Source: Octopus vulgaris (lineage: Eukaryota). Taken from it: 64,000 nt of DNA. The number at the start of each line of letters is the position of its first letter. Position 1 is the first letter of the stretch. Below are positions 1 through 14,801 of the stretch, piece by piece. A model generated the notes under the pieces. The model was not told the origin of the DNA. It was given only the letters and a program-made list of their open reading frames with translations, and ran no database searches. Position numbers and translations under genes: made by a program. The stretch lies in assembly GCA_951406725.2 (NCBI GenBank), contig OX597822.1:44516001-44580000 (forward strand). The letters are read 5' to 3'.

Positions 1-74
1 AAGCATCATCATTGGCCTTCTTACACCTTTAAAAATAATTTCAACGCTCCACACTCATTCATTAACTCCCGAAT

Positions 75-100
75 TCTCTCTCTCTCTCTGTCTCTCTCTT

Positions 101-148
<48 letters not shown>

Positions 149-428
149 GCACACGCACACACACACACTCAGTCAGAGTCAAACACCAACATATTCAGTC
201 GCCCACTCCTAATATGTATTGACATAAATCCTTCTTTTCCGTTGATTGATCTTAGATTAGCCATTTTATTATTTTATAGAGTGTATGTATCGGTGTATGC
301 ACGCGTACATATATAAGCGTGTGTGTGTGTGTGTGTGTGAGGCTGGGTGGTTGTGTGTGTATATATGTATGTATGCATGTATATATATATATGTATATAT
401 ATATACATATATATATATATATAAATAA

Positions 429-461
<33 letters not shown>

Positions 462-473
462 AATATATATATG

Positions 474-525
<52 letters not shown>

Positions 526-529
526 CATA

Positions 530-577
<48 letters not shown>

Positions 578-634
578 TATATATGTGTATATATATGTAT
601 ATATATATAAATATACATACATATATATATATAA
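75..634. repeat. Compound dinucleotide microsatellites (CT)n/(CA)n/(GT)n/(TA)n
   Basis: Directly visible tandem repeats. They explain the YIYI/HTHT ORFs. Confidence 0.95.
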
Positions 635-855
635 CGACTCTTTCATGTTTTCATTTGTGTATGTATATAGGTATTTATATTTTGATTTTCGTTTAATCCT
701 TTTAAATCACATGAAAATTATTTCCTTTCGACTTCAAACGAAACTAATTTAGAATATTTTTTTTTTCGGCTTCATCTCCCTTCCTTCTTCACTTTATTGT
801 ATAACAAAATTCTTATTTATTCATCTACTTATTTATTTTTTCATCGCATTATTAG

Positions 856-1620
<765 letters not shown>

Positions 1621-1804
1621 TCACTTTTCGCTTCCTTGTTTCTCAATTCTCCTTTTTTTTAAAAAAAAAATATCAAAATGTGTTATTTTCTAGATTTGAT
1701 TGTTGTAACACTCTTGTGGGGGTTGTTATTGCCGTAAACGATGTTTTGATGTTACGTATATATGCAAATACACACACATATATATATACACACACACATA
1801 TATG

Positions 1805-1861
<57 letters not shown>

Positions 1862-2123
1862 CCATATATATATATACAGATACATATGCACATACAAACA
1901 TTCGTACATACTCACACATCCATAGATACACACATACATACACATACATACATACACTACATGCACACATACACACATACTCCTATTTTCTCTCGTTCCG
2001 CTTCAATTCCCCTGGTGACCCGGCAAATTATTATGTTCGCTTGATTCAATTATTTCTGTTTGTATTGTTTATCTAGATTAGTTACAGTCGGTGTTATACA
2101 CACACACAGAAATATATGTGCGA

Positions 2124-2195
<72 letters not shown>

Positions 2196-2769
2196 ATATA
2201 TATATATATATATGCATATATGTATAGGCACACATTGATGTGAAATTTTATGGGTGTCTTTCGGTGTAAATACATTATTAATTATTTTGTTGCAGTCTTT
2301 GTTATATTTATTTTTCTTCGATTCTATTTTTTCGGTTATTAAACATTTTAGAGCTATTTTACCATCGCGGTACTAATTCCCACAGATATGTGGCAGGGTG
2401 GTAGAGTGGAGAAGTGGCAGAGTGATGTCGCGGTGGGGCAGGTGGATATCTGCAGTTAAATTGTATATTTAAATAGCATCGTACCGCCACGACCATAAAT
2501 ATTGTGCAGTATGTTAACCCGGACCCTACCGTAACCAACACGACGACGACAACCACCACCACCATAGCCATAAAGGTAATAAAACGCAGAAGATGGATTA
2601 TCGTAGTTTTGTACTCAGAAAGGAAGAACCATGTATTGAATGGTATAATGAACTCAAACGTTTGCACCATACTACTACTACTGCTGCTGTTGCTGCTACT
2701 ACTACTACTACTACTACTACTACAACTACTACTACTACTACTACTAATAATAATAATAATAATAATAAC

Positions 2770-2885
<116 letters not shown>

Positions 2886-3024
2886 TAATAATAAGCACTC
2901 ACGAGACACGATATATCGAAATATCGTTTACTTGATGACAGTGGCACTCTTCTTTTGTTTTGCTTGTATATTTTGTGGAGGAGCTACCTCAATCCTATAA
3001 CTATCATTATTATTATTATTGTTA

Positions 3025-3095
<71 letters not shown>

Positions 3096-3116
3096 GTTGT
3101 TGTTGTTGTTGTTGTT

Positions 3117-3144
<28 letters not shown>

Positions 3145-3149
<5 letters not shown>

Positions 3150-3248
3150 CCGGAAAGTGCTCGAAAAATAAGAGGTGTTATCTTAGTTCACTGGTAGTGA
3201 ACAGCAGATACTGTAGTACATCTCCAGCGTTAAAAGCTGTGCAAAGGC
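3145..3248 (+). mobile_element. Extremely 5'-truncated R4/Dong-like retrotransposon (last codons plus 3' UTR)
   Basis: Reads ILRKVLEK* (stop 3169-3171), matching the ILRKILSM*/ILRKTLLIQ* ends of the two longer copies. A short UTR follows, and (AAT)n flanks both sides. Confidence 0.6.
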
Positions 3249-3306
<58 letters not shown>

Positions 3307-3309
<3 letters not shown>

Positions 3310-3771
3310 CAAAGAACATGCCTCCTCATTGATATGACTGTCCCAATCGATATAAACGTATCTGTCAAGACCTACCAAAAACTGAGCAAATATAAAGATC
3401 TTGAAATAGAAATCAGCAAAATGTGGAACGTGAAGACTAAAACAATACCTGTTGTCATAGGTGCCCTGGGAACGATAGCAAAAGGGGCTGATAGCTACCT
3501 AACTCAGATACCAAGAAACCCCAAAATGACAGAAATTCAAAAGATAGTGCTCATGGGAACTGCTCATATCCTACGCAAAATACTTTCTATGTAATTTCAA
3601 GGTTTAAAACAAACATTTTTTTTTAGACATCCACCAGTACAACACAAAAAACAACCAAATATATGGCACACTAGGCATAACAACAACGTGAACGTCCAAC
3701 CTGTTGTCTCCTGAGGTCTCCGGGTGAGACTTGGAGCGAACTTGTACAAATATAAAGCAAAAGTCAAACAT
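3307..3771 (+). mobile_element. 5'-truncated R4/Dong-like non-LTR retrotransposon: restriction-like endonuclease C-terminus plus 3' UTR
   Basis: KQRTCLLIDMTVP...KLSKYKDLEIEISKMWNVKTKTIPVVIGALG...TAHILRKILSM* (ORF 3334-3594) has the D..P...K..KY..L pattern of the RLE domain. Embedded in (TAA)n. Confidence 0.85.
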
Positions 3772-3795
3772 ATAATAGTAATAATAATAATAATA

Positions 3796-4257
3796 AGTAC
3801 CAGTACCAAGCATTGGCTCTCGTGGCTTCTGATCTTAACTGATTGCAAGTGTTATCATGTACATTATTTTGTCTTGGTATAAAAGACCACAGTTTTGCTT
3901 GTCAGTTGTTTGACCATAACCAGTTGAGCATGTCCCTAAGTGGCTAACAATATGTGCATCTCTGATCGCGAGTAGACGTAGTGGGGAAGCATCATAGCCA
4001 TGTGTTCAGAGGAATTCATTGGGGGTTTGGATGATTCACCTCTGGAAACAAAGGTGTTTCGTTCAATATCCTTAACTGGGCCCCACCTGCAAGGTCATGC
4101 GCTGTTTATCTTAATATGAGATCACCATATCGCGCACATATGTTTGTGATGCATGTGCCTAGTGTACCCTTATCAAACGGGTAGTCATGATGGGTATACT
4201 GGACTTCGTATATTTTACCCCAGTGTTACTTTGATGGCATGCACTGCTCTCTCACTC
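3796..4257 (+). mobile_element. Non-coding insert bounded by (TAA)n, probably the 3' UTR of another TAA-targeting retroelement
   Basis: About 460 bp of complex sequence with (TAA)n directly on both sides, in the same phase as the neighbouring Dong-like fragments. No recognisable ORF. Confidence 0.45.
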
Positions 4258-4356
<99 letters not shown>

Positions 4357-4575
4357 CTTTTCCACTATCAGCACAAGGATGGAAATCTGTGCGAGGCGTG
4401 TAAGTCGATTACATCGACCGCAGTGCATAGTATTTGGGACAATAGACACAAGGCGGTTTGAAATATTAGGGTAGAGGGCTAGTCGATCACATCGATTTTA
4501 GTGCAAGACTGGTACTTAATTTATCGATTCCGAAATGACGGCAGGGGGAATCAGATCTCAGAAATGTAACGACGG
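4357..4575 (-). mobile_element. Degenerate SINE family A fragments
   Basis: Contains AGTCGATTACATCGACC and ACTGGTACTTAATTTATCGA, shared with the copies at 16.5-17.3 kb. Confidence 0.6.
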
Positions 4576-4589
4576 ATGATCGACGGATA

Positions 4590-4960
4590 AACTGACGTCT
4601 TCTCTTGGTTAATATCTATTCGTATCGCCGCCTCATATTTCATTAGTGCAGTGCTCGTCACCTCGAGGAGTTTAGTGATCTTACGATAGGGATAATCCCA
4701 TAGGTAACTACTTACAGTAAGGATAATCCCATAGGTAAATACGTATCTTCCACATCTTCTTGCGAAATTGCCCCTTCCAAACGTCCAGCTTCTGTTAGCT
4801 TTAGAATCTGTACGAACAGAAGGGGCGAAAGGCGTAACTCTGGAAGAACAGAAGGTTTGGTAGCAAATGGTTCCGTCAGGTGGCTATTAACTCGGACCGT
4901 CGAGAAAATGTCTCTGTACATTACAGCGATCCAGCTTCTGTAGTCAATTCTTTTGAACCC
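4590..4960 (-). pseudogene. L1/Tx1-like reverse transcriptase fragment
   Basis: Minus strand reads SWIAVMYRDIFSTVRVNSHLTEPF...LSPLLF and later ALMKYEAA..IDINQEKT. These resemble the WI..LY...V.VNG...F...QG.PLSP.LF and IN..KS motifs. Disrupted. Confidence 0.6.
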
Positions 4961-5199
4961 AGGGATTATTTGAGAGATTAAGTAATAAAGACACCCTCGG
5001 TGGTATTTGATCTCAACAGCTACAAAAAAGGCATGAGTAATACAGCAGGATCAACTAATCCGATACTCTATAGGAGTCTACCCTCATTACGGCCAACAAG
5101 AACAAAACCAAACCCACCACCACTACCGCTTTTAATATTGTGATGGTGTTAGGAACTGTGCTTCTGTAATCCTGTTTCTGCTGATATTCCTACGATATT

Positions 5200-5570
<371 letters not shown>

Positions 5571-5931
5571 GAAGGTGGTAATGGTGGATGTTTCGTTCAC
5601 GGTGACGATAATCGTGGGGATAAAGGCGTGATATTTTGTGAAGAAGCTACTTGATAAAATTGCCTTCGGAACTTTTATCACCGTTGGAATTGTCGTGATC
5701 GTTATTGTTGCTGCTGCTGTAGCGATGGTGGTGGTGGTGGTGAGTGTGAGGGTGACGGAGACGGGGACGAAAATGGCGATAATGTTGTTTTGTTCTTGTT
5801 GGTTTTGGTGATTAGTAATGTTGTCGTTGTTAGTGGTAGCCGTGCGGTTTTTGTTGTTGTGGAGGCTGCAGCTGTTGTTCTTGTTGTTGCTCTTCTTATT
5901 GGATGTATTAGTCTTGTGGTTGTGATTTTCG

Positions 5932-5966
<35 letters not shown>

Positions 5967-6864
5967 GCTACTGCTGCTGTTGTTGTTGTTGTTGTTGTTT
6001 ACTCCAGATCAATTCTGAATAAAAAAACAAACGATCGAAGTACCTTCCAGCTGTGACCCTTCCGTCGTTTTCTAATGTACACAAAACCCGCAAATGCATT
6101 ATTCGACATATTCTTTTCTAAGAGCGTACGATGAAACTTCAGGAATACTTGGTTGCTATTTCTAGCCGTAATAGAGACATGTTTGAACGTAGTAGTAGTA
6201 GTAGTAGTAGTGATGGGAATGATTGTGGTGATGGGGAGGGCCTATGGTGACGGTGGTGGCAGTGATGGTGGTGCTGCGGGTGGTGATGTTTGCCGTCGCC
6301 GTCGTCGCGGTGGCGGCCGTGGTGGTAGCGATGTTGGTTCTGCTGCTGCATGTGGTGATGGTGGTGATGCTTATGTTTGTAGAGGTGGCGGTGACGGTTT
6401 GCGGTAGTGAGGAGGGGGGGTCATCGTTGTGGTACAATCGTCGTCGTCGTCGTGATTATGCTTGTAGAGGGGGTAGTGACGGTTGCGGTAGTAGGGGTGA
6501 TGGTCGTCGTGGTGGTCGTGGTCGTGGCGTTAATCATAATATTTGCAGTGCTTTTCGTCGTCTGCTTATGGTGATGGTGGTGGTGGTGGTGGTGGTGGTG
6601 GTGGTGGTGGTGGTGGTGGTGGTGGGAGAGGGCGGTGAAGGAGTTCATTTTCTTCACGGAGTACTGGTTGGGTTGGTGGCGGTGTTGGAAAGAAGAGAGA
6701 CAGACACACAGGGAGAAACGAGGAGAGAGACAAGGTGGAAACGGTTGTAGGAGGCATGCAGTTGGAAGGGATGGATGAGAAAATATATAATTAAAGAAAT
6801 AAATATTTAATTATGTACGATATTTTGTTCTAAATTAATAACTAGAAAAGCAAGCGCCACAGCC

Positions 6865-6925
<61 letters not shown>

Positions 6926-7236
6926 GCATCATCATCAGCATCATCATCATCATCACCACCTCCACCGTCAGCATCGGCATTAATGCATGCAGTGATGTTG
7001 CCATGGAGTGTAATTACATCGATGTCTTCATTACCATTATAGCCATCATCGTCGTCGTCGTCATCATCATTATCATCATTACCACATACGAAAACAGTTA
7101 TGTATGTTTATATATAGGGTAGTTTGTCTGAGAATACACAAGTATACATGTATGTATGTATGTATGTATGTATGTATGTATATATATATATACACATACA
7201 TATATATATATACACATACATACATACGTACATACA

Positions 7237-7278
<42 letters not shown>

Positions 7279-7341
7279 TATATCACAAGCAAACACACAA
7301 ATACATATATAAATATCTAAAGGGGTTTAAAGATGTGTATT

Positions 7342-7401
<60 letters not shown>

Positions 7402-7411
7402 GAGAGAGAGG

Positions 7412-7716
7412 AAACCCCCTTCGGTCATCAGTGACCACGGGATTGCACCTAGAAAGTTACCCCCGAGACACAAGTCCGGGCAAGATTGATTATGGAAGGC
7501 AAGCAGTCGCCCATGCATACCGGCCTCCCCTTCCCACGCCACCGATGTTATCCAAGGGAAAGGCAAAGACCGATACAGCTGGGCACCTATGAGCTGGAGC
7601 AACCTGAAATAAATTGACTTGCTTACGAACACAAGATGCAGCCCGGTCCGAGTATCGAACTCAAAACCACACGATCGTAAGCTTGACGCTCTAACCACTG
7701 AGTCATGCGCCTCCAC
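7412..7716 (-). mobile_element. tRNA-derived SINE family D
   Basis: Minus-strand head GTGGAGGCGCATGACTCAGTGGTTAGAGCG...TTACGATC...GAGTTCGATACT with A/B boxes. Homologous to 8861-9443, 31636-31930 and 58672-58968. Confidence 0.85.
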
Positions 7717-7718
7717 TG

Positions 7719-7826
<108 letters not shown>

Positions 7827-8155
7827 ATGTATATATATACATATATTTAATGTATTTTTGTATTTATATTTTTGTAACATGGTCTGTTTTTCCGTCCTTT
7901 TTTCGTATATATTCGATGCTTTTTTTCCAAGGAATCTAATGTTCTTAGCTTAGTTTTTCTTTGGGGCTGGTCAGATTGGAGCAATCTTAAGATTAATCAG
8001 CCGAAATTGCGAGGATCATCCGGTTCTTGACTGAAGATAAAAGGCTTCGAATGACCCGTCCTTGTATTTTTTGTATCGTCTATCTGGATGTTTTGTTGTC
8101 CCTAGTTGTCCGGATGTTTTGCGTTCTTGTCCCATTTTGTATTTTATTTTGTATG

Positions 8156-8202
<47 letters not shown>

Positions 8203-8860
8203 CTATATATATATATCATATGTGTGTATGTGTGTGTATGGTTATATATGTATGCATATATCTGTTTGTCTGTATTTGTCGTCCCCTCACCATCGCTTGA
8301 CAACCGATGTCGGCGTGTTTACGTCCCCGTGGTGGTGTTGGTGGTGGTAGTAGCGGAGAAAAACACAAAGAGACAAATGTACATGTATACTTACATACTA
8401 TATACGTGCATTTATTTTTCATATACAGGTGCCCCAGTATGGCCGCAGTTCAATTACTGAAACAAAAGACAGATATATATATATATATATATCAAATAAA
8501 TGAAAACCTTCAATTTAATCGGCTCCATTTCTATTATGAATCGACTGCGTTTCCTACAATCGCCCACACACACTAGACACGCGTCATCACCCAGACGTTA
8601 TGATGAATGTCATGTCGCGTAGTATATTACGAGATTAGCTGCACTTTTAGGTTGACTAGTTGATTGAATTAAATAACATTCTTTTAAAAGATCTTTTCTT
8701 CTTTGTGATCACTCTACAAGTCTGCTTCCCTCAAAGTTAGTTAGTTACTGGCACTCCGTCGGATACGAGGGCGAGGGTTCCAGTTGATCCGATCAACAAA
8801 CAACCAGTTTGTGAAATTAACATGCAATAACTGCAAACTCCACAAGCGAGGATGAAGATG

Positions 8861-9443
8861 AGACCCTCCTTCAACCATCAATGACCATGGGATTGCACCT
8901 ACAAAGTTACCCTCTGAGGAACAAGTCTGGGCAAGGTTGTTTGTGGAAAACCAGTAGTCGCCCATGTATACTAGTCTCCTCTGAGGGCGGCGAGCTGGCA
9001 GAAACGTTAGCAAGCCGAGCGAAATGCTTAGCGGTATTTCGTCTGTCGTTACGTTCTAAGTTCAAATTCCGCCGAGGTCGACTTTGCCTTTCATTCTTTC
9101 AGGATCGATAAATTTAGTATCAGCACTGGGGTCGATGTAATCTACTTAATCTCTTTGTCTGTCCTTGTTTGTTCCCTCTATGTTTAGCCCCTTCTAGGCA
9201 ATAAAAAATGATGAGCCTCCTCTGTCCACCCCACCGATGTTATCTAAGGGAAAGGGAAAAGCAAAGGCCGATACACCCTGGCACCAGTCATGTTGCAACT
9301 TGTTTTTACAGCTGAGTGAACTGAAGCAACGTGAAATAAAGTGTCTTGCTCAAGAACTCAACACGCAGCCCGATCCGGGAATCGAACTCACAACCTCGCG
9401 ATCGTAAGCTCGACGCTCTAACCACTGAGCCATGCGCCTTCAC
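8861..9443 (-). mobile_element. SINE family D inserted in SINE E
   Basis: Full-length homology to the other D copies. Flanked by the direct repeat ACTCCACAAG (8837-8846 and 9444-9453). Confidence 0.85.
8986..9213 (+). mobile_element. SINE family A inserted in SINE D
   Basis: Head GGCGGCGAGCTGGCAGAAACG, B box GTTCAAATTCC, core GCCTTTCAT..TTTC.GG.TCGATAAAT. Flanked by AGTCTCCTCTG and AGCCTCCTCTG. Confidence 0.9.
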
Positions 9444-12196
9444 ACTCCACAAGGACACGTGCCCTTAACGTAGTTCGCAGGGATACTCAGCTTGAGACAG
9501 AGTATGGCAAGGCTGACCCTTTTGAATTACAGGTACAATTCACTTTTGCTAGCTATGTATACCGGAGCAACGTGAAATAAAGTGTCTTGCTGAAGGGTAT
9601 AATGCGCTGCCGAGAATCGAACTCACAACCTTACAATTGTGAGTCATGAGCTCTCATACTAAGTTTTAAATACAAAGTACAGGCCTCTATATGTCCTGTC
9701 ACGCGTCGTAGTAGGACACCTTTAGCCTTGAGAGATGCCTTGGAAACCTTCCAATTCATCAATGGAGAACATATATTAAAATTTTCCTTTTTAGTCACAA
9801 ACCAGTGGTCAAACGTATGCTACTTCTTACTCGCTGTTTCTGAGATAAATTTCTCGAGCAATGGCACACTATTTTTGGCTACACACCTATACCAATCCAC
9901 CTCTTTCTCTATGTTTGTCGCACACCGAGGAGTTTTCTTAAAATACATAATGTGCAAACGATGCAATGTTGTTGTTGTTCATGTTTTTCTAGCTGTTACT
10001 ATTGGTGGGGGTGGGGTGGGCGTGGGGTGGGGTGGGGGTGAAGGTGGGGTGGTGGTGGTGGTAGTGGTGGTGGCGGCGTGGAGGGTAGTGATGATGGCGT
10101 TGTTGACAGTGATGATTGTGGTGGCGACTATGCTGGTGGTGATGGTGGTGGCAGTGGTGTAGGCGTTGGTAGTAGTGGTGGTGGTGGTGGTGACGGTGGA
10201 GACGCTTGTGGTGAAGGCGATACTGAGCGTAGTAGTGGTGATAATGGCACTGGTAATGGTGCAGACGGTAGTGGCGCCGCTGGTGGTGGTGGTGGTGGTG
10301 GTGGTGGTGGAGATATGAGAATGGCGGCGGCGGCGGCAGAAGTCTTGTTGCCGCTGCAGTTCATGCTGCTTACATCGTTCTTTTGATATTAATTTATATT
10401 TTGAAAGCCAATCTCTGTTTTGTATGTGTTTCCTCTTATACAACTCTAAACGATTATGCTTGTAGCTTTGTCTTTTAATTTAAATTTTACATTATCTCTT
10501 GTATCTTTTTCAATCTGTTTTCGCGTTTGAAAATAATTATTTGGCATGCTGTTTACGGTACAGAGAGCCAACGGTGCTACCGCCCCTGTGGAGACTACCT
10601 CTTCCTGCTACTTTTCAAACAAGTTTATACCACTTAGTAACGACACAGATTTCTACAGAGCAAAACCGCATAAACAATAGATACAATGTTGAGTGAGCCT
10701 TTATTTTTACAGACACCCAGAAATAGGATGGTAATTTCAATACCGTGACCCGTTGTATAGTTAAAACGATCCCAAGCAAGAAAAATCCGCTTGTTTTCGT
10801 CAAGTAATCGGGAACGAAATTATTTTGTAGCTTTTTGTGGTTATGAATAAAAAATCTCTAATATGCATATTTGCTTTATTTATTTGTCACAAGGACCCAT
10901 GTAACAAGACCTGAAGCGGTGTACAAACAGGGAAAAAAAACAACTGAACCACAAAATCAGACGCCATCTTCCTGTCGTCCTACAGCTTGTTCAATAAATT
11001 CATTAGAATTCTATTGAATACATAAGGAACCAAGAATTTCATTCCGTCTTGGGGGAAGATGGGCGTTTAAAGTTGTAATGTTCTTATGAGTTCGAATATG
11101 CTTGGGGCATGTTCGAACCAGTGAACAAGCTACTCACTGCGTTTTGTCACGAAAAACATATCCCGTTTGTTAACAAATGGTGCCACCCGCCCAGACCGTG
11201 AGGTGCAAGCATTTCGGAGTAGTTATCTCCTCTTCGGCCTCAGAGATCAGGCAGGGGGCGCGACGAGCTGATTGAAGAAACCGACTCTTATTCTTTTCCG
11301 GTTGCTATACGATGACTGGCAGCGCTGTGCAGGGGCTCACCGTAAGTAAATTACAAAGGGTGATTGATGAGTAGAGTTAAGTAAAACTGCAATGCTATTA
11401 CTAGTCTGAATAAATAGGTTTGAGGTACGTTAGAACCGGTAAGCAAGCTACTCACTACATAGGTTTGAACTCAATCTTTCTTTTCTGTGTTAATTACTTC
11501 TTTCCACCATTCTCTACTAGCTGTAGGCTCTGGCACGCTTTCTATTGAGACAAGGAACGCTCACTGTTCCTGTTCTTGTGACAAATATCAGTCACATTCA
11601 ACCAACACACAGTCAGCAAAGACTTTACTCAACACATATACAACATAATGTCATGCACAAATGTAAGCCAGTGAAGGAGTTTTTACATGGTTGGACAAAC
11701 AGTTTGAAATAGCAGCTAAATTCCTTCATGCCACACCTACTATCTTTAAAAGATTATGCATTATCACTGGATTATGGGATTTTAGATACACTGTGCTTGG
11801 ACACAAAACAAAAAAAATACATAGAATGGTTACCATGGCTGTGCAGTCAAAACAAAAAAATTTGACTCCGACTCTGACTCCTCTACTATTAGCACCCCGG
11901 CTCTGATTCCAACTCCGACTCCTCTTTAAAGCATATGCATACGCTAGTACTTTGAGATAGTGGCCTTTGGGTACGTCGTACATAATCCGGCTGGATTCTC
12001 ATGCGTGACCAACGAAGCTATGGACATTATTCAACCATCTCGTTCTTACTGCGTCCTGAGATTCTCTGCCGCCTCGCAATTCTTTTCTGCGACATTCTAA
12101 TCACACGAACTTAGTAACAAAATTGCGATGTCGCAATGCGGAGAAAAAGGGGCTCGGCCTATAGACGCTACTTGATCTCCAAGTTACGTGCCCTGT

Positions 12197-12258
<62 letters not shown>

Positions 12259-12412
12259 GCCACTACCACCACCACTATCACTACTAATACTACTACTGCT
12301 GCCACTACTAACACCACAACCACCACTACTAATAGTACTACTACGGTTGCTGCTCTTAATGATGGTACTAATACTACTACTATTATAAGCATTATTATTA
12401 TTATCATTATTA

Positions 12413-12476
<64 letters not shown>

Positions 12477-12553
12477 CATTATTATTTTTATTACCTCTTT
12501 ATTCACCTTGAGCGTATAAATATGGGTTAAGGCGTTTATATTTATCCCATTAC

Positions 12554-12602
<49 letters not shown>

Positions 12603-12889
12603 GAAGAGGAAGAAGAAGAACGACAACAACAACAACAACCACAACAAAAACAGCAACAACATCAACAACAGCACCAATAACAACAATAATATAATTTTAA
12701 CGACAAAAAAGCCATCGTAACCAAAACACCTATACCACACCCAAATCACCAATGCAATAACAACAAGAAGAACATTGCAGATAAAATACTTTAAACAATA
12801 ATAATGATAATAACAATAATAATAATATTAGTATTAAAAATAATAATAATAGTAATGATGAAATGATGATGATGATGATGATGATGATG

Positions 12890-12987
<98 letters not shown>

Positions 12988-13015
12988 AAGAAGAAGAAGA
13001 AGAAGAAGAAGAACG
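12197..13015. repeat. Compound (ACT)n/(ATT)n/(AAC)n/(GAT)n/(GAA)n microsatellites
   Basis: Directly visible. Confidence 0.95.
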
Positions 13016-13716
13016 ATAATAATAGTAACGGTAATAATAAAAGCAAAAATGCAGCGTAGTTTCAGAAGAAAATTTCATATTCGTTTAATGGTTGAAAAAG
13101 TAGAAAGAAAGAGAGAGCGAACGAAAGAAAATGAAAAAATTTTGAAAATGTGTGTGTAAGGAAGAGGGGGGAAAGAACAATTGGAGGCAGGTAAAATGGA
13201 GGTACAGGATCAAAGAAGGAGAAAAAAAGATACAAAAAAATTAAATGAAAATAAATAAATAAATAAAGACTAAATAAATACAAAGAGAAAATTAACACAC
13301 AAAACGACTAAAGAATCGACCGATTGATTATGTCTTTTGATTACAATTAATTTCCTGTTTACTAGAGAAATATTCTGGGAGGTAAAGGAGTCCGTTTGCA
13401 CCCACAAATCACCTATCCTCTTCCGCCTCCTCCTCCTCCTTCTTCTTGTCTCCCTCCTCCTCCTTCATCTTTTTGTCCCCCCACCTTCTACTACTTCAAT
13501 AACTACAACTTCCTCTTCTTTTTTTCTTCTTCTTCTTCTTCTTCCTCTCCTCCTCCTCCTCCTCCTTCTTCTTCTTCTTCTTCTTCTTCTTCTTCTTCTT
13601 CTTCTTCTTCATCATCATCATCCTCATCCACCCCCTCTTCCTCCATCTCTCTTTCGTTCTTTTGCTCCTTTTGGCGATTCTTGTATAGTCAGCCATCTTG
13701 TTCATATTCCCGTTGC

Positions 13717-13773
<57 letters not shown>

Positions 13774-13801
13774 AATATACATACATATATATTCATATGT
13801 G

Positions 13802-13834
<33 letters not shown>

Positions 13835-13855
13835 ATATATATATATCTATATCTA

Positions 13856-13899
<44 letters not shown>

Positions 13900-14499
13900 T
13901 ATATATGTGTTCATGTGTGCGTGATGCGTTTTTATTGATGTTGTTGTTGTTGTTTCTGTCCTTATTGTTATTTTTTCTTGTTGCTTCTGTGGTACTCTAA
14001 CCGTTTTTTTAAAAAAAGGTCGTACATTTGCTCTTTTGCCATATTAACAGACGATGATGATGACGATGATGATGGCGATGATGAGAATTGTGATGATGAT
14101 GATGATCATCATCATAATCATCACCGTCGTCGTTATAATCATCATAATCGTCATCATCATCAGGTCGATATAATTGAACAATTTCTCTCTCCCAACAAAT
14201 ATCTGTGTTAGCAAGTAATATTGTTGTTGTCATTGTTGAAGCTGTTGTTGTTGTTGTTATGCATACTGCTACAACTGTGGTTGTTGTTGCTGTTAGTAAC
14301 AATATAGTCGTTATCGTTGTTGTTTTGAGGATGTTTTATTATCATTATTATTGTTGTTGTTGTTGTTGTTGTTGTTATTATTATTGCTGTTGTTACTGCT
14401 GTTTTTCTTCTACTGTTTCTTCTTCTTCTTCTCCTTCCTCTCCTTGTTCTTCTTGTTCTTCTTCTTCTTCTTTTACTTCTTCTTTTTCTTTTTCTTCCT

Positions 14500-14643
<144 letters not shown>

Positions 14644-14735
14644 TAACAAGCCTTATCATTGTCATGAACATAATCATCATTATTTTCATCATCATCATAA
14701 TCAGCAGCAGCAACATATTATTATTATTATTATTA

Positions 14736-14801
<66 letters not shown>

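Larger units (their letters stand above)
8738..9660 (-). mobile_element. SINE family E, the outer element of a nested insertion
   Basis: The two halves (8738-8846 and 9444-9660) join into a sequence homologous to the uninterrupted tail at 27206-27390. B box GAGTTCGATTCTC on the minus strand near 9615-9627. Confidence 0.75.

Noticed and set aside
10885-11205. Possible LTR (TGT...ACA) followed by a PBS-like TGGTGCC
   Set aside because: The match to a tRNA 3' end does not extend convincingly, and there is no second LTR or TSD.
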